Below, piece by piece: positions 13,502 to 25,679 of a DNA stretch of 64,000 nucleotides; position 1 is the stretch's first letter; each line of letters opens with the position of its first letter. Below the pieces are notes generated by a model. It searched no databases. It was not told the origin of the DNA and saw nothing but the letters and a program-made list of their open reading frames with translations. The stretch covers positions 434,001 through 498,000 of the forward strand of contig QPGO01000014.1 of the NCBI GenBank assembly GCA_008632985.1, in the 5' to 3' direction. The position numbers and the translations under genes are program-made. The stretch comes from Psammoneis japonica (taxonomy: Eukaryota).

Positions 13502-13805
13502 GAGAGCAGCAGCAGATTGTTCGGTGTTGTATCTGCGTACGATTGGTGTTACTGTAGCCAACTCTATTGATATTATCCATCTCTATAAAGATTACGACTA
13601 TTCTAGTAGTCTACTTGCTCTGCAGTAGAGAGTGCCAATTCGTCGTTCTTATCTTTCTCACAATGGCACCGACGCACCTTCGCTTCTTCGTGCTGTCTGT
13701 CATGCGATCATAAATGCCGTCACCGTACCACCTCATTTTCTGGCGGCGCTGCTACTGAAGACGTGCAATAAGAAGTCATCCACCTGATTGACATCCCAAT
13801 GAATC

Positions 13806-15182
13806 ATGACAGAACTCACAAGTATCGCTCAGGAGCTTGAGTATTTGCGTAATACTCATACAAAGGTCAAGATACAGTCGGCTACAAATGAATTTGTCAG
13901 CGCATCCTACGAGCGCACCGCAGCTTCTCGAATCAAGGTTACTCTGACTTTTCCAGAGGGATACCCAAACCATGTCCTAATTGTTGACGTATCAAACGTA
14001 CCACCTGGTCTGAAGAAAAAGCTAGAAAAGGAACTGGGTGCGGTCGCGGCTGATTTGAAGGGAACTTTTCAGCAGGTTGATGCGGTTTTTGTGCGTCTCA
14101 TGAATTTTGTCGATACCAACATGTTTGTTCCTTGTTGGAAGGAACTTCGGCAATGTGTCGATCTTGTTCAAAAGAATGGCTCTACGATATCAATCAATGA
14201 TACCAAGGGGCTCATTCAGCTGAAGTTGAATGCAAAGAAATACTTTTACTTATGTGCAATAACGATAGACGAGGGGTATCCATCAACGAAAACGCACCAG
14301 GACTACGGGCAGCCGTGCAAGCTAAAAATGAAATCGACAAATTTCCCAGACAAGATTCAGAGCATGCTAACCTCTCAAGCTAAAGAACTTGTTAGAAGAA
14401 TGCAAGATGGAATGACGGCAGAAAAGGCGTTGCAAATGAGCAACCCAATTCGTGCACCCAAGTCAATGTCGGAAAGCAAGGAGCCACCAAAAGTTCGGCT
14501 TACACAACAAACATTAAAGGGATTGAAAAAGGATACAGAGACTCTCAAGCAGGTAAGAGACTTGAGGGAAGTGAATGCTGCTACTGTGCAAGGAAACGCC
14601 ACAATCAAGGCACATGCTTCAAAGGAGCGCAAAGAAGCTAGACGAACGATTGGCAAAATTACCAAAAAAGAGATTGCGGCGGATCAAGCCATGGAAGCCA
14701 AGGAGCAGCAATGGCAGCAGGAAGAAAAGGCTAGAATGGAAGGATATAATTTCAGTGAATATGATGGCACCAGTCCTCAACCGTGCCTCTTGTCGCTTGT
14801 CACATTTTTCGTCAACAAGATTCAAAGGCTACCAGATGAGACGTGTCCGGTATGTTCCGAACTGGCCTTGCCAGCTGATCCCAATGAGTTGAATGCCATG
14901 TATGCGCCCAGCAGTGAAGCCAATTCGGAATCTGAAAAGAAGGCTCGTCGACTGGCACGACGTAAACGTCCCATGCGAACCTTTTGTGGTTGCTGGTACC
15001 ACTATGAATGCCTCGACAAGCTCATGACGGAACCGCCCTTTGGAGCCTCGTGTCCAGCAGAGAAATGCGGAAGACGTGTCTTCCATCCAGACTGGCCCGG
15101 TGATATGACAGAATTGGAACGTGCGTGGGCGGCAAAGCAGGCAAGGCAACGAGAGATTCAAGATGCGTCACTGTTTTTATAA
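13806..15182 (+). CDS. RWD/UBC-like domain protein with C-terminal RING-like zinc finger (putative E3 ligase)
   Basis: LTFPEGYP and ITIDEGYP (RWD-like YP motifs); CPVC...CGCWYHYEC...CPAEKC. Confidence 0.7.
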   Translation: MTELTSIAQELEYLRNTHTKVKIQSATNEFVSASYERTAASRIKVTLTFPEGYPNHVLIVDVSNVPPGLKKKLEKELGAVAADLKGTFQQVDAVFVRLMNFVDTNMFVPCWKELRQCVDLVQKNGSTISINDTKGLIQLKLNAKKYFYLCAITIDEGYPSTKTHQDYGQPCKLKMKSTNFPDKIQSMLTSQAKELVRRMQDGMTAEKALQMSNPIRAPKSMSESKEPPKVRLTQQTLKGLKKDTETLKQVRDLREVNAATVQGNATIKAHASKERKEARRTIGKITKKEIAADQAMEAKEQQWQQEEKARMEGYNFSEYDGTSPQPCLLSLVTFFVNKIQRLPDETCPVCSELALPADPNELNAMYAPSSEANSESEKKARRLARRKRPMRTFCGCWYHYECLDKLMTEPPFGASCPAEKCGRRVFHPDWPGDMTELERAWAAKQARQREIQDASLFL

Positions 15183-15216
15183 CGTTAATAATAGCTCTTT
15201 CTATGAAACGCGGAAA

Positions 15217-17330
15217 TCACAGCGAGACAGTCTGTTGTGGCTGTGGGGAGAAATGAAATGGTCCGAGCACACTGTGTGTTCTTCTGAACTCCAGAAACTC
15301 CACGTCGTTGCCGTATTTTCGTAGATGCTTCGCTTCCAGAGATGATATGGCTCCTCGTATCACTATGACAATAAAGAGTAGGCCAATAATGCTGGCGATC
15401 CAGTGAATCGGTGAACTGAAACATGAGACTCCTCCGAGAAAGGTTCCAACCCAAAACATGATTTCACCCAAGTAATTTGGATTCGTGCTTAGTTTCCAAA
15501 TGCCAACGTTGCACCATCTGTTTCGATTTCCTGGGATAGCTTTGAATGCGCTCTTTTGAAAGTCCGCCACGGTTTCGACAAGCAAAGACGTTAGCTGCAG
15601 CACAATGGCCGAAATTCCGACGACGCCCCATTTCTTTTGAGTCTTGAGGCGCAACAAGCACGGTGTAATCATACAAACGTAAAAGCCGGAAAAGACCACC
15701 CAGCAAAAGAACTTGGCGTTGAGTCGAGCGGCCCTGTTGACTTCGACCACCTTTTCATGTAGCTCAGGCCAGTTGAAAAACTCTCGATAGAGAAAGAATG
15801 TCGCTGCTCGTACGCCCCAGGCAACGATTAATCCAGCGTACACGTTTGTGAGTCTAGGAATGTCGATGCCTTCATGCCTATTGTAAGCCAATGTTGCGAC
15901 CAAAACAGGCAAAGCAATTCCACAGGCATATCCGACAGTGATAAAATACAAAAATAGATAGAAACCAATAGAGCTCCCCAGAAGCGTCAAGGCAATCACG
16001 GCAGGCATGGTAATCGGTACTTGATCGGGACGATAAAACAGTTCTCCAACCGCCAAAACTGCCGGGGCTATGGCACTGAACACTTTCGACGATCCCTCTT
16101 TGATGTTTCTTGTTGTGGAAATTTCAAGTTTAGATTTGGTTTCTTGATTTCTTTCATTTGCGACTTAATGCTGGAACCGAAAGCCCTCCCTCGCTGCCAT
16201 CCCTTGGTGAGAAATGATGGCACGGCTGAGTCGCCTTGATCTGCTGACTCTCCCACAACAGCGACACTTTCCTCTTGTACAGGCTCACTCTCTACAATTG
16301 GACGAACGTTTGTTTCTTCGGGGGTTGCAGCGGAAGAATCGTCTTGCCCTGTAGACTCTCCCCCAACAGCGACAGTTTCTTGAAGTGGTTCGGTCTCATA
16401 GGCTGGACGAACGTCGGAATCGTTGGGTGCGAAAGCTGAAGAGTCGGCTTGATTTATAGACTCTCCACCAGTAGTGACGGTCTCTTGTTTAGGCTCACTC
16501 TCGTAAGCTGGACGAACGTCAGATTCTCTTTGTGTTGGAGCTGAATCTTCTACCAGAGGATCGCCCTCCTGCATGTTCATCGACACAGACGGCCGAAATG
16601 CCTGGTCTTCAAATGTTGTCGGGGGTGTTGTTGACTCCTCTACAATGGCGACAGTTTCTTGTATCGGTTCGCTCTCGTATGCTGAACGAACGTCTGATTC
16701 TTTGGGTGTTGGAGCCACATCTTCTGGCAATGGCTCGCCCTCCTGCATGTTCATCAGCACAGACGGTCGAAACGCCTTGTCTTTGATTGTTGTTGGAGGC
16801 TCACGATCTGTTACTGACTGAAAAATCTCTGGAATGGCTTCTTGTGTTTGGGTATCGGGAGTTGGTGGTAGTTGCTCACTCATGACGTCTTTGAGAACAA
16901 AAGATCGGTCGTCTTGTGTCGCGCTATCGTCACCAGGGAGAGGTTCGCCTTCCCTCATGTTAACCAACACGGTTGGACGAAATGCTTTTGCCTTTTCCGC
17001 TAGAACACTCTCTTTGCTAAAGGGACGGGTTTCTTGGATGAGTTTCGTCGTTGGGGTCGATTCATGTGAATCTGGGACTTGCTTTGGTGAAGAGAGCCCT
17101 TCTTTGGGGAGAACGGTACGTTTTGCCGGCTCCTCCTCAAATGCGCTCGTTTCTGTTGTAGATTCTGGTTCCTCCAGATCTCCTCCGGAAACATTTAAAC
17201 CAGGAGAAGGAGAGTAGTGGAGCGGATATGCCTTGTCGCCAAACTTGAAATAATACGGCGAAGAAGTACAATAATCCGACAGAAAAACTGTCACGAGAAA
17301 CGTGAGCTGGCCACTACATGCGACCCTCAT
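15217..17330 (-). CDS. DUF1295 / steroid 5-alpha-reductase-like membrane protein with long repetitive acidic N-terminal extension; 1-bp deletion near 16117; 5' end uncertain
   Basis: ETVADFQKSAFK...GIWKLSTNPNYLGEIMFW. AFRPSVLMNMQEG and SDVRPAYESEP repeats in ORF 16068..17330. TTT CC[C] ACA joins the two frames. Confidence 0.75.
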
Positions 17331-17811
17331 TGTTCGATTTTATTTCTATCAAGAAGAACTATCAGAGACCACCGATTTGTTCCCGTTTTACGAAAAAGGA
17401 TGAAGGCGGTTGCCGAAATGGCCAATCGAGTAGTCGATGTTGAATGATGATAGCACAACGCACAACCACAAATAATGTCGAGCTGTCCAGCAGAGATGAT
17501 GAATGATGGGCGCGGCCGGCCCTCGATGTTGTGTGAGATGTGTGATGTCCGAGGTGCGTGAACGAGAACGGCATCACCGCGCGCCATCACGCACCTCGCC
17601 TGCTCCTTCCATGATGCTCGCATTGCCCAATATTGTAAATATAGAAAGTCATTGTAACGTCTAATTTTGTTCACAAACCATCATAGTCGCAGGTAAATAT
17701 TTTTTATTCACGCTTGAAGCACATGTTTTTTGCGGACGGATCTCCCGCCCGCAATCAAACAAACCCAAATTCATGCATTTTTGAAGTCATCTGCGAAGAG
17801 GACAAATCATT

Positions 17812-17957
17812 TTAACATCCACTTTTTGAGCTTGCAGCGAGTCTCACAACTTGACAAACACCGACCAGATGTCCATTATTTGCATTAACATCCACTTTTT
17901 GAGCTTGCAGTGAGTCTCACAACTTGACAAACACCGACCAGATTTCCATCATTTGCA
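17812..17957 (+). repeat. Two tandem copies of a 73-bp unit
   Basis: ttaacatccactttttgagcttgcag... begins at 17812 and 17885; three differences between copies. Confidence 0.95.
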
Positions 17958-20929
17958 TGTGATGAACCCAGGACCCAGGTGGAACTAAAAAAAGCTCACA
18001 AAACACAGCCAAGCAACTGGAGCCATCATGCCCAGCTTGCTTTTGGGGGGCACAACTCAAAACAGCCTGGCAAGCTGGCTGCACAGTGGGGACAATGAGG
18101 GACCTGAAAATGACTTTTAAGGTGGACACAGGCAGCACCTGCAAAGCCAACCCACATCTGTTTCTCTTGTGTTTTGCCCCATTCCCCCCCAAGTGAGCAA
18201 CTCTCTGTGGTCTCACTGTCTCAAGGAGTTCATTCTTTTTGTTCTTTGGGTGTGTTCTTCATTTCTGACACTTGGGTTTGGTGCACACAAGCAACTCTTT
18301 TCTTTTGCAATCATGACAACACAGAAAGCTGGCTGTTCTCAGCATCCACCCTCTGTGTGCTGTGCACATTTCCTTGGAGAAAGTGATGCAAAAAGAAAGC
18401 TGTCTTCCTCAGCTGATGGACGATGCACAAAAGAGCAACACAGGCTGATCAGATCCCCAAACCAAGCTGCTTTGTCCAGAAGAGCTGCAAGGTTTGGACA
18501 AGCAGTTCTTCATCAGAGCCACATTGTTTCTTGTTGGAGAAAACATTCTTCCATGCACCCACCACACCCAGTGCATGGCAAACAATGTGTGCACCACACA
18601 GCAAAGTCTGTTGAACTTTGACCAAATGATCAAACTTTCATCAGTTGAAAACCATGAACACCTGTTTGTGCCAAATTGTGGGACAATTTTTCCCATTGAG
18701 CAGACATGTGTGTTGCAACAATTTGATGTCACACCTCAATCAGCCACCAAGGTGATGTCTGGCTCAAAGGCTCTCACCTTGGCCAGCATTCTGGATGATG
18801 CAGTCCTCAGATGTCATCAACCTCAGTCTGTTTGTTTGTCTTTTGGGAGAGAGCTCCCCCACATGGCATTGGCATGAAATGACCTCCCTGCTTCTCATGT
18901 CAAGTGTGTTTGCAAAGACATCAAAAGGTGACATGTTTGCTGCCTTTTCCTTGCTGCTGTAGCAACAGTTTCACTTGGGAAAGTGCAGGTCTGCAGAAAT
19001 GACTCAAAATGCTTGCTGTGCAATGCACAAGATTGTTGTCAGCCAAAAGTCACCAGGGGGTCAGTCAACAACAAGGAGAGACACAGCCCAGCAGCAAGGC
19101 TGCAACAAGCAACAGGGCAAAATTACTCTAACCTCCACCAGCTCACAGTGAATTCATGCTCAGAAAGGCCTTGTGCAATGCAGTCAGCCGTGTGTGATGC
19201 AGCTGTGGTTTTTTGTGCTGGACAAATTGGTGGAGACAAGAAAGGGGCAGTTGACCCCTGTTTGTGGCAATGTTGTGGGAAGATGCCAATGGCACATGCA
19301 AAAACTTTCAGAGATGAAGCTTGTCACACCCCCACATTGTCAACATGAAATGACTTCTATTCTTCTTCTTCTTCTTGTCATTGCACATTCAATGCAAACT
19401 CTGTTGGCACCAAGACATCAAAAGGTGACGCATTTGGTGTCTTTTCCTTGCCACCACAGTGACAAGTCACAGAGAGGCTAAGACTGCCAAGGTTCACCAC
19501 AGAAGCATGAGTGGGTCAGCAGGAACAATTTGACATGCTCACCATGCAATGCACAAGATTGCAATCTGCCCAAATGTTGTCACCAAGGGGGCAGTGAACA
19601 ACAAAGAGAGATGCAACCCAGCAAGGTTGCAACAGGGAATGAGGCAAACTCACTCTTGCGGGGAAGACCCCCTGTCCCTTTTCACCTTCTGCCAGCTCAC
19701 AACAATTTTTCATTTGGAAGTGCCGCATGAAATGCAGCCAGAGCACACACAGCACTTGCAATGAGTGTGTCAGCTGGCCAATGAAATGCCCCTGCTCATG
19801 TGCAATCACATGTGCTGGTTGACACCAAACCTCAGCAGCAGTGTTCAAGGCATTGCATTGGTGCTTTTCTGTGTGCACCAGGAATGTAGAGAGAACAGCA
19901 GGAACTTGACAGTGCATGTGCCAGAGAGCATGGCATGCAAGTTTGTGCTTGCAAAGGTTGCACTGTGTGGCCTCGTGCTTGTGCACCAGATGAGTGACTT
20001 TCCATTCCCCTCAAAGCAAACAATTCTGCCAGTCTCATTTTGTTCAAAGATGAAAGATGTCCAGAATGGTGCCAATGACACCAGCCTTGCCATTGTCCCT
20101 GTGATGGAAGAGCTGATGGCAAAGCCAACAAGTTGTTGGAAACCATTTCATGCTCCTTCTTGTGAAACAAGCACCTCTTTTGCATGTGGTGGCCCCTCCA
20201 AGATTCCAACCACGGCTGGTGCCATTGCCAAGCCAACCTTGCCCCCTGCTCTGCCATGGGCACAAATCCACATTTGGCGCTGCCACTGACTTGGCACCCA
20301 GCCAGCACCTCATCCAGTGCCATTGCCAACAAGAAAGCCCACTGCTTTTTCTCCAATGCACCAGTGCACACCTGCTCAGAAACCAAATGTTTCCCAACTT
20401 TGCCCTTGGGATCACCATGGCAATCTTGAGAAACTCTCTCAGGCACTTCATGAAATTTAAACTGTTGCAACATGTGCAATGTGGCAATGATTTGTGATGC
20501 TGCAGATGGAGACAATTGGACAAACAACAACAAATGGCTGGAGAGAAATGCAAACAACACCAAGAAGCAACCCGACTGAACTCGGGTGCATGCAAACCTG
20601 TTGGCTCTCACAAGTGCATGTTAAAGCTGGTGTTCTTTCCCCACACATGTTGTGCACAGGAGATTTCAGTGACCTGGGCAGATTTCTTGCTGTGGAGGCT
20701 GGCTTTTTGCCCAGCCCAGTCTTGTTGTGGCACAGATCTTGGTCAGTGTTCTGCATTGCTTTGATCACATCAATGTGTCTCAGATCAGTGCTTCTTATGA
20801 TGCACATTCTTTCTAAAAACAAGTTTGACAAAGCTCATCACTGGCATGTTGCTGACAGAGTGGAGACTCCTTGTGAACCTTTCTGACTTGAATTTAAGAA
20901 AGCACTCTCAGTGTCAGATCATCTCACAT

Positions 20930-22340
20930 TCAATCCTCATCAAAATTTGGGTTCCTTTTCTCTGATGCAAAACAAATGGCATCATTTTCAGGCCATTGTG
21001 TTGGGAACAATTCTGGTGTGCAGGTGGAGTGACTTGCCAGCTTGTCATTTCTGAGTGTTTGTGAGATGTGAGAGCCTGTTGCAGCTCTTCTGTGTTCAGC
21101 AGTGTGTGTTCTCATTTCACTCCATTTGTTTGTGGGAACTGATTTCTGTGTCACCTCCATGCAGATGCAACCAATTTTGCCAGGCCAAAATTCCAACAGA
21201 GTTGGCTCACCAAGAGGACTCATAAACTTGGGGCTGTTTGCAAGCACTTGATGACACAAGTGTGATGGCATGTTGAGCCGGGCAATGTCCAGATCATGTC
21301 TCTCACCAAGCTCAACATTTTCTCAATTCAAACTCATTTTGATCAATCTCCAACTGTTTTTCTGGCAGAATTCCTGCAGAGTTGGGTGTTCTTGCAGATC
21401 TAAAAGATCTGCATCATGGCAGGTGCCTTGCCAAAAAACTCTTGGTTGACTGTTTCGGCTCCTTGGCCAGGCATTCTCAAAAAGGTGACAAGAATGCTGT
21501 CTCTCTCATGCCATCCCCACAGAGATTGAACAGCTGTCAAATCTTGAAGTTTTGACCCTTCACATGAATGACATAACTGGTGACATCCCTGAACTTCCCA
21601 CCTGCATCACTGGTTGTTCCTTGGGCACTTGTGACCAAAATTCTGATGTCAAATTGAGTGAGGCTTGAGCATCTTTCTAACCAGCTGCAGTTGTCTTTAG
21701 AACTCAGTTGTTTTGAGACCTCTGGGAAGGCCATCAAGCTTGGTTGTGATGTTGCAAAAATGTCTGTTGAACCAAAAGGGTGCTTCGTCTGCTCTGCATC
21801 AATGGGTTTTTGCGCGTGGTGCGACATTGTCAGGGAAATGTGCGGCAACACAGATTCTGGACTTGATTCAGACTGGGCAAGAATTGAGAACGCATTTTAT
21901 GACAAAAAAGCTGCAGCTGCTTCAGGGTTGTCAGCAGATGTTGGAGTCCTTTCTCACGAAATCATGGACTGTTGTGCTGCTTCTGAACTTTCTTCAAGCT
22001 GTTGTTCAATGGCCACAGCTGCAGATGGTTCACATTCCTTTTTGTGATGTTTCAGTCACTTCTTTGGCACAACTTGCTGCAGTGCAATGCCTTCTTGCAT
22101 CTCAAGCATTGCATGTTGCAATTGGGCTTTCCACAGTGACAGCAGGCCTGTTTGTCTTGACAGCATTTGGCCCACCAGTTCTTCCATCCACTGCATTTTG
22201 CTTTGACTGGTTGGTGGTGTCGGAACTCATGTGAAATGGCTTCCCATTGTGATTGTGTTGCATCCTTCATTCCAATGGGGATGACCATGAAATGATGCTG
22301 GAAATGTTGACTTTCGAAAGTTGTTGGCTGATTGAACATC
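20930..22340 (-). pseudogene. Decayed MYND zinc-finger gene
   Basis: CCHCGKPNCNMQCLRCKKALHCSKLCQRSD[W]KHHKKEC at ~22030-22160. The downstream extent is approximate. Confidence 0.65.
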
Positions 22341-23177
22341 ACCGTCTGGATGGAGGTTGAGAGCTTTGAGACTCAAGTGCAGGGGAACAGGAAGTGCGTC
22401 GATGACGAGCACATTTTGCAACTTGACAAGTAGCCACCCCTGCATTGCTCCTGCATGGACTGAGACTTTGAGTCTTTTTGGGAGCGTGCCCACAACAGCT
22501 TCGTCTGTTTCTTTCTTGGTTCCCCAAGAAAGGCATGTGCAAGGCGGCGATGGCTCTGTCATGGAATCCAAGCACACCTGACCTTCAGGAAGAGATGCCA
22601 GGTGACTCCTGTCAATGAAATGATGAACCTCAAAGTCAGCAGCCCCCAAATCCTGAGAAGCAAAGACTTCGTCAGCATCCAACACTTTGACTTTGACAGT
22701 GCACACAAGGCTGGGATGGAATGATGCCTTTGCATTTTGCTTCCATCATGTTCGTTGATTGATGGAAACTTTGGGGTGACGAATGAATCCTTCTCTTAGA
22801 TTGTGAGATGCAATGACAAAGGTCCTCGTCGTCGGTGTCAAATGCTCTCTACAAACATGTACGGCATGACAACACAACAGAGAGAGGGATTATGTCACGA
22901 TCGACATTATGACCCAAGCGACCGAAGCTCGCTATCGAAGACGGACGAGTGCGCTGCGAGGAGCCGATGAGAAACAGTACAACCAGATGTGTACCATACA
23001 ACATTACTGGACATTCGGCTCCCGCGCCGATTTGAATAGGATGGACGCGGGGAAAGAAATATTGCAGCCTTCGACTTTCAAAAGAGAGTTATTATTACTG
23101 TACTAGGGCCTAAAGGGCTTCTGTGATGAGGACAATTGTCGTTGAAAAATGCTGTCCAACGGCCAACGGCAGGTCAT

Positions 23178-25343
23178 TCACCAAGCAAATGATTCTACAT
23201 TGAGATTCACGTTGTATTCAACTGAGATACGTTTCAGCTCCTTGGTGACTGATTTTGATCCTCCACAATATAACATGCCCCACGTCGACAAGACCACCTT
23301 CCTGTCTAGCAAGCGCACATACTGTTGAGCTGTGTCATGATCTCCAATGGGATCAAACGCAGAAGTCAGAACGGATGCCTTTGACTTGTCCGACATGTCA
23401 TCGGAGAGATGTCTTTTCAGTCGACGGACTCGCCGCCTTGCGTGTTTGGAAGTGAGACTGTGCGAACTATTAGATCGAGTCAATCCATTCAACCCATTCG
23501 TCCTTCGATGATCTGTCATCTGACCAAAATCTCTTATTCCCTGCAACATGGCGCTTTCCGTTCGTGATACGCCCTGTTTGCCTCCACTGTTGTCTGATGT
23601 CTTTAACCCAAAAGCTTCTTTGGATCTACCATCGGAAACCTGTCGACCGTCTTGAAAGTAGACGGACCTCGATCTGTGTGCTTCCTGCTCCATATCGTTG
23701 ATAAGCTCAGTGAAGAGGAAACCTTGGCGACTCGCAAAGGTTTTGAGCTCAATCAACTTTTCCCTGTTTGTCATGTCCAATTCATCAAGCTCTTCCATTC
23801 TTTCGATGAGTAACCTCTTCACGTTGGCAATTTCACTTGGCGTATAAGTTTCAGGCTTTCCTACCCCACTTTCGATTCCATAGATAATGTTTGGGATAAC
23901 CCGTTTGAAGTCAGGTCGACCTTTGTGCACGCGAACGTTTGTATTCATTTCTTCGAGTGCCGGATTGAGAGGCTTCTTTCCAGTGTAGAAGATGAGGTTC
24001 CATCCATCATGGTCTAGATACATATGCTCCATGAAGAATTCAAGCATTGCAGAATCACGAACTGCCCACACTAAATTAATGCGCCTTGAGTCCTTTTGCG
24101 AACGAATAACCGAAAGCGCAGGAGTGATACCAATTCCAGTGGCGACAAGAATCTGGTTATCATATGCTTCGGCATTGCTGTAAGGACTCGCAAATGGACC
24201 CTGAATCCAGACGGGTCTTGCACAATCTCTTTGCAGCGCGGCGTGGACGGATTTGGTCCAGTTGCCTACATTCAGCATGAAGACCTGTCTCTGGGTCGGC
24301 GCTTGTGGATTCTCAAAGAGTGAGAATGCATGCCACTGGCTTCGGTCTACCCATGGCAAGCACACATAGGCGAAGCCTCCGGATTCGCCTTGCTTTTGGA
24401 ACCTTTCGGATACGTTCATTGTCATTTGAACACCGGTTGGAAGTACATGAAAGGTGGTTGTCTCTATCTTTTCACTCATGAAAAGGAAAACATACGCTGC
24501 ATCCAACGTGTATAGGCATATACAAAAGCCCATGACATAAGCAATGAACCCTCCATTTGGAAGCGCTGATGTAGGCACGTGAAAGCACATTACAATTGCA
24601 AATACGTAGAAAAGGTAGTGAAGGCCCTTGCGAATCTCGAACGGTATGGACTCCTTGGCGTACATCATAGGGAAGCAAATCAACGGAGTGGCTACCACCA
24701 CAATGAGGCCGCTCAGTCCTGTTCGATGTGTACAAAGGAGACATAGATTGTCTTGATCGATCCAACGCAGTATATGGAAGATTGTGTGTATCCAAACGTC
24801 AACGGCGATGTACTTTCCACAGTAACTGTGTAGCTCGTGGCTATCTTGGATCGTATACATGGAAAGCGGGGTTTTGCTGAAGAAGCTCATAGTCGCCTTG
24901 CACTTTGTCAAGAAGACAAGAACCATGACGGGATAGAGGGAGAAGGCTGACGCACGGGATATCGCCAAACACACCAACTGGAATGTACCGTCCGCAACCA
25001 CGGGGCGCTCAGCTCCATTGATCATGATAACGCCGTTCTCGGTGTTTTCTTCACTATTATGGTCAATGATGTTCCCCGTGGATGTGTTTAAGACCCCGAC
25101 CGATGGACTAAAGGTCATGATCAAAATATAAATGGCACAGATGATCTGGGAAACCTTGACTGGCCAAAAAATGGCAAGCTTCTTGAGTCGAATACGGGCC
25201 TTAACACTTAGAATTTCTCTCTTTCGATTGACCATGCTCGTCTTTTCTCTCTGAATTAGAATGCCATCAGAGGTGTCGATTCCAGTCGCCGGTTCATGAC
25301 CGAATTTCATGACGACTCGTCGCTGTTCCGGAAGCATCGACAT
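23178..25343 (-). CDS. Ferric reductase / NADPH oxidase-like transmembrane flavocytochrome
   Basis: TM helices with heme His residues (LHSY, IHTIFH, LHYL, CFHVP), QWHAFS (FAD), IQGPFASP, LVATGIGITP (NADPH), YCGG...ESFAW. Confidence 0.92.
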   Translation of the reverse strand: MSMLPEQRRVVMKFGHEPATGIDTSDGILIQREKTSMVNRKREILSVKARIRLKKLAIFWPVKVSQIICAIYILIMTFSPSVGVLNTSTGNIIDHNSEENTENGVIMINGAERPVVADGTFQLVCLAISRASAFSLYPVMVLVFLTKCKATMSFFSKTPLSMYTIQDSHELHSYCGKYIAVDVWIHTIFHILRWIDQDNLCLLCTHRTGLSGLIVVVATPLICFPMMYAKESIPFEIRKGLHYLFYVFAIVMCFHVPTSALPNGGFIAYVMGFCICLYTLDAAYVFLFMSEKIETTTFHVLPTGVQMTMNVSERFQKQGESGGFAYVCLPWVDRSQWHAFSLFENPQAPTQRQVFMLNVGNWTKSVHAALQRDCARPVWIQGPFASPYSNAEAYDNQILVATGIGITPALSVIRSQKDSRRINLVWAVRDSAMLEFFMEHMYLDHDGWNLIFYTGKKPLNPALEEMNTNVRVHKGRPDFKRVIPNIIYGIESGVGKPETYTPSEIANVKRLLIERMEELDELDMTNREKLIELKTFASRQGFLFTELINDMEQEAHRSRSVYFQDGRQVSDGRSKEAFGLKTSDNSGGKQGVSRTESAMLQGIRDFGQMTDHRRTNGLNGLTRSNSSHSLTSKHARRRVRRLKRHLSDDMSDKSKASVLTSAFDPIGDHDTAQQYVRLLDRKVVLSTWGMLYCGGSKSVTKELKRISVEYNVNLNVESFAW

Positions 25344-25679
25344 GGTGTTCTAATTCCGTTTCCTCACTCTGAACGGTGCTATTAGTGCCGAAACGATCTT
25401 TCTCGCGACAACAAGCTCCCTTTCACGAAAGTGAGAGAAGAAAATCAATCGGAAGAAGACGGGAGTGGCAAGGAAGAGACAGAATGATCGAGATCCGTAC
25501 CATACAGTAAACGTCTCGATAAGTCTTTTCGGATCGAATTATCATCTGCAAGTCATGTGTGACAAACATGCGATATAAAAGAATAAGTCACAACAAAGAC
25601 ATGTTAGATGTCATTTCCTAAGTAAACCATTATTCGCAGCTGTTAAGTGACATGCAGCTTAAAGTTATAGAGGTGTCCG

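Larger units (their letters stand above)
17710..22800. other. TpA- and CpG-depleted decayed repeat/pseudogene tract A
   Basis: TA is nearly absent throughout and CG nearly absent in the core. Six-frame ORFs lack Tyr and are rich in Cys/His/Gln. Confidence 0.85.

Noticed and set aside
17917..22706. Dense overlapping Cys/His/Gln-rich ORFs on all six frames (also at 25.6-28, 34.5-36, 42-52 and 58.8-60.3 kb)
   Set aside because: They result from TA loss removing TAA/TAG stops; they lack Tyr and are not real genes.
17690..22870. Possible TIRs bounding tract A (acatgttt / aaacatgt)
   Set aside because: The match is too short and there is no TSD.
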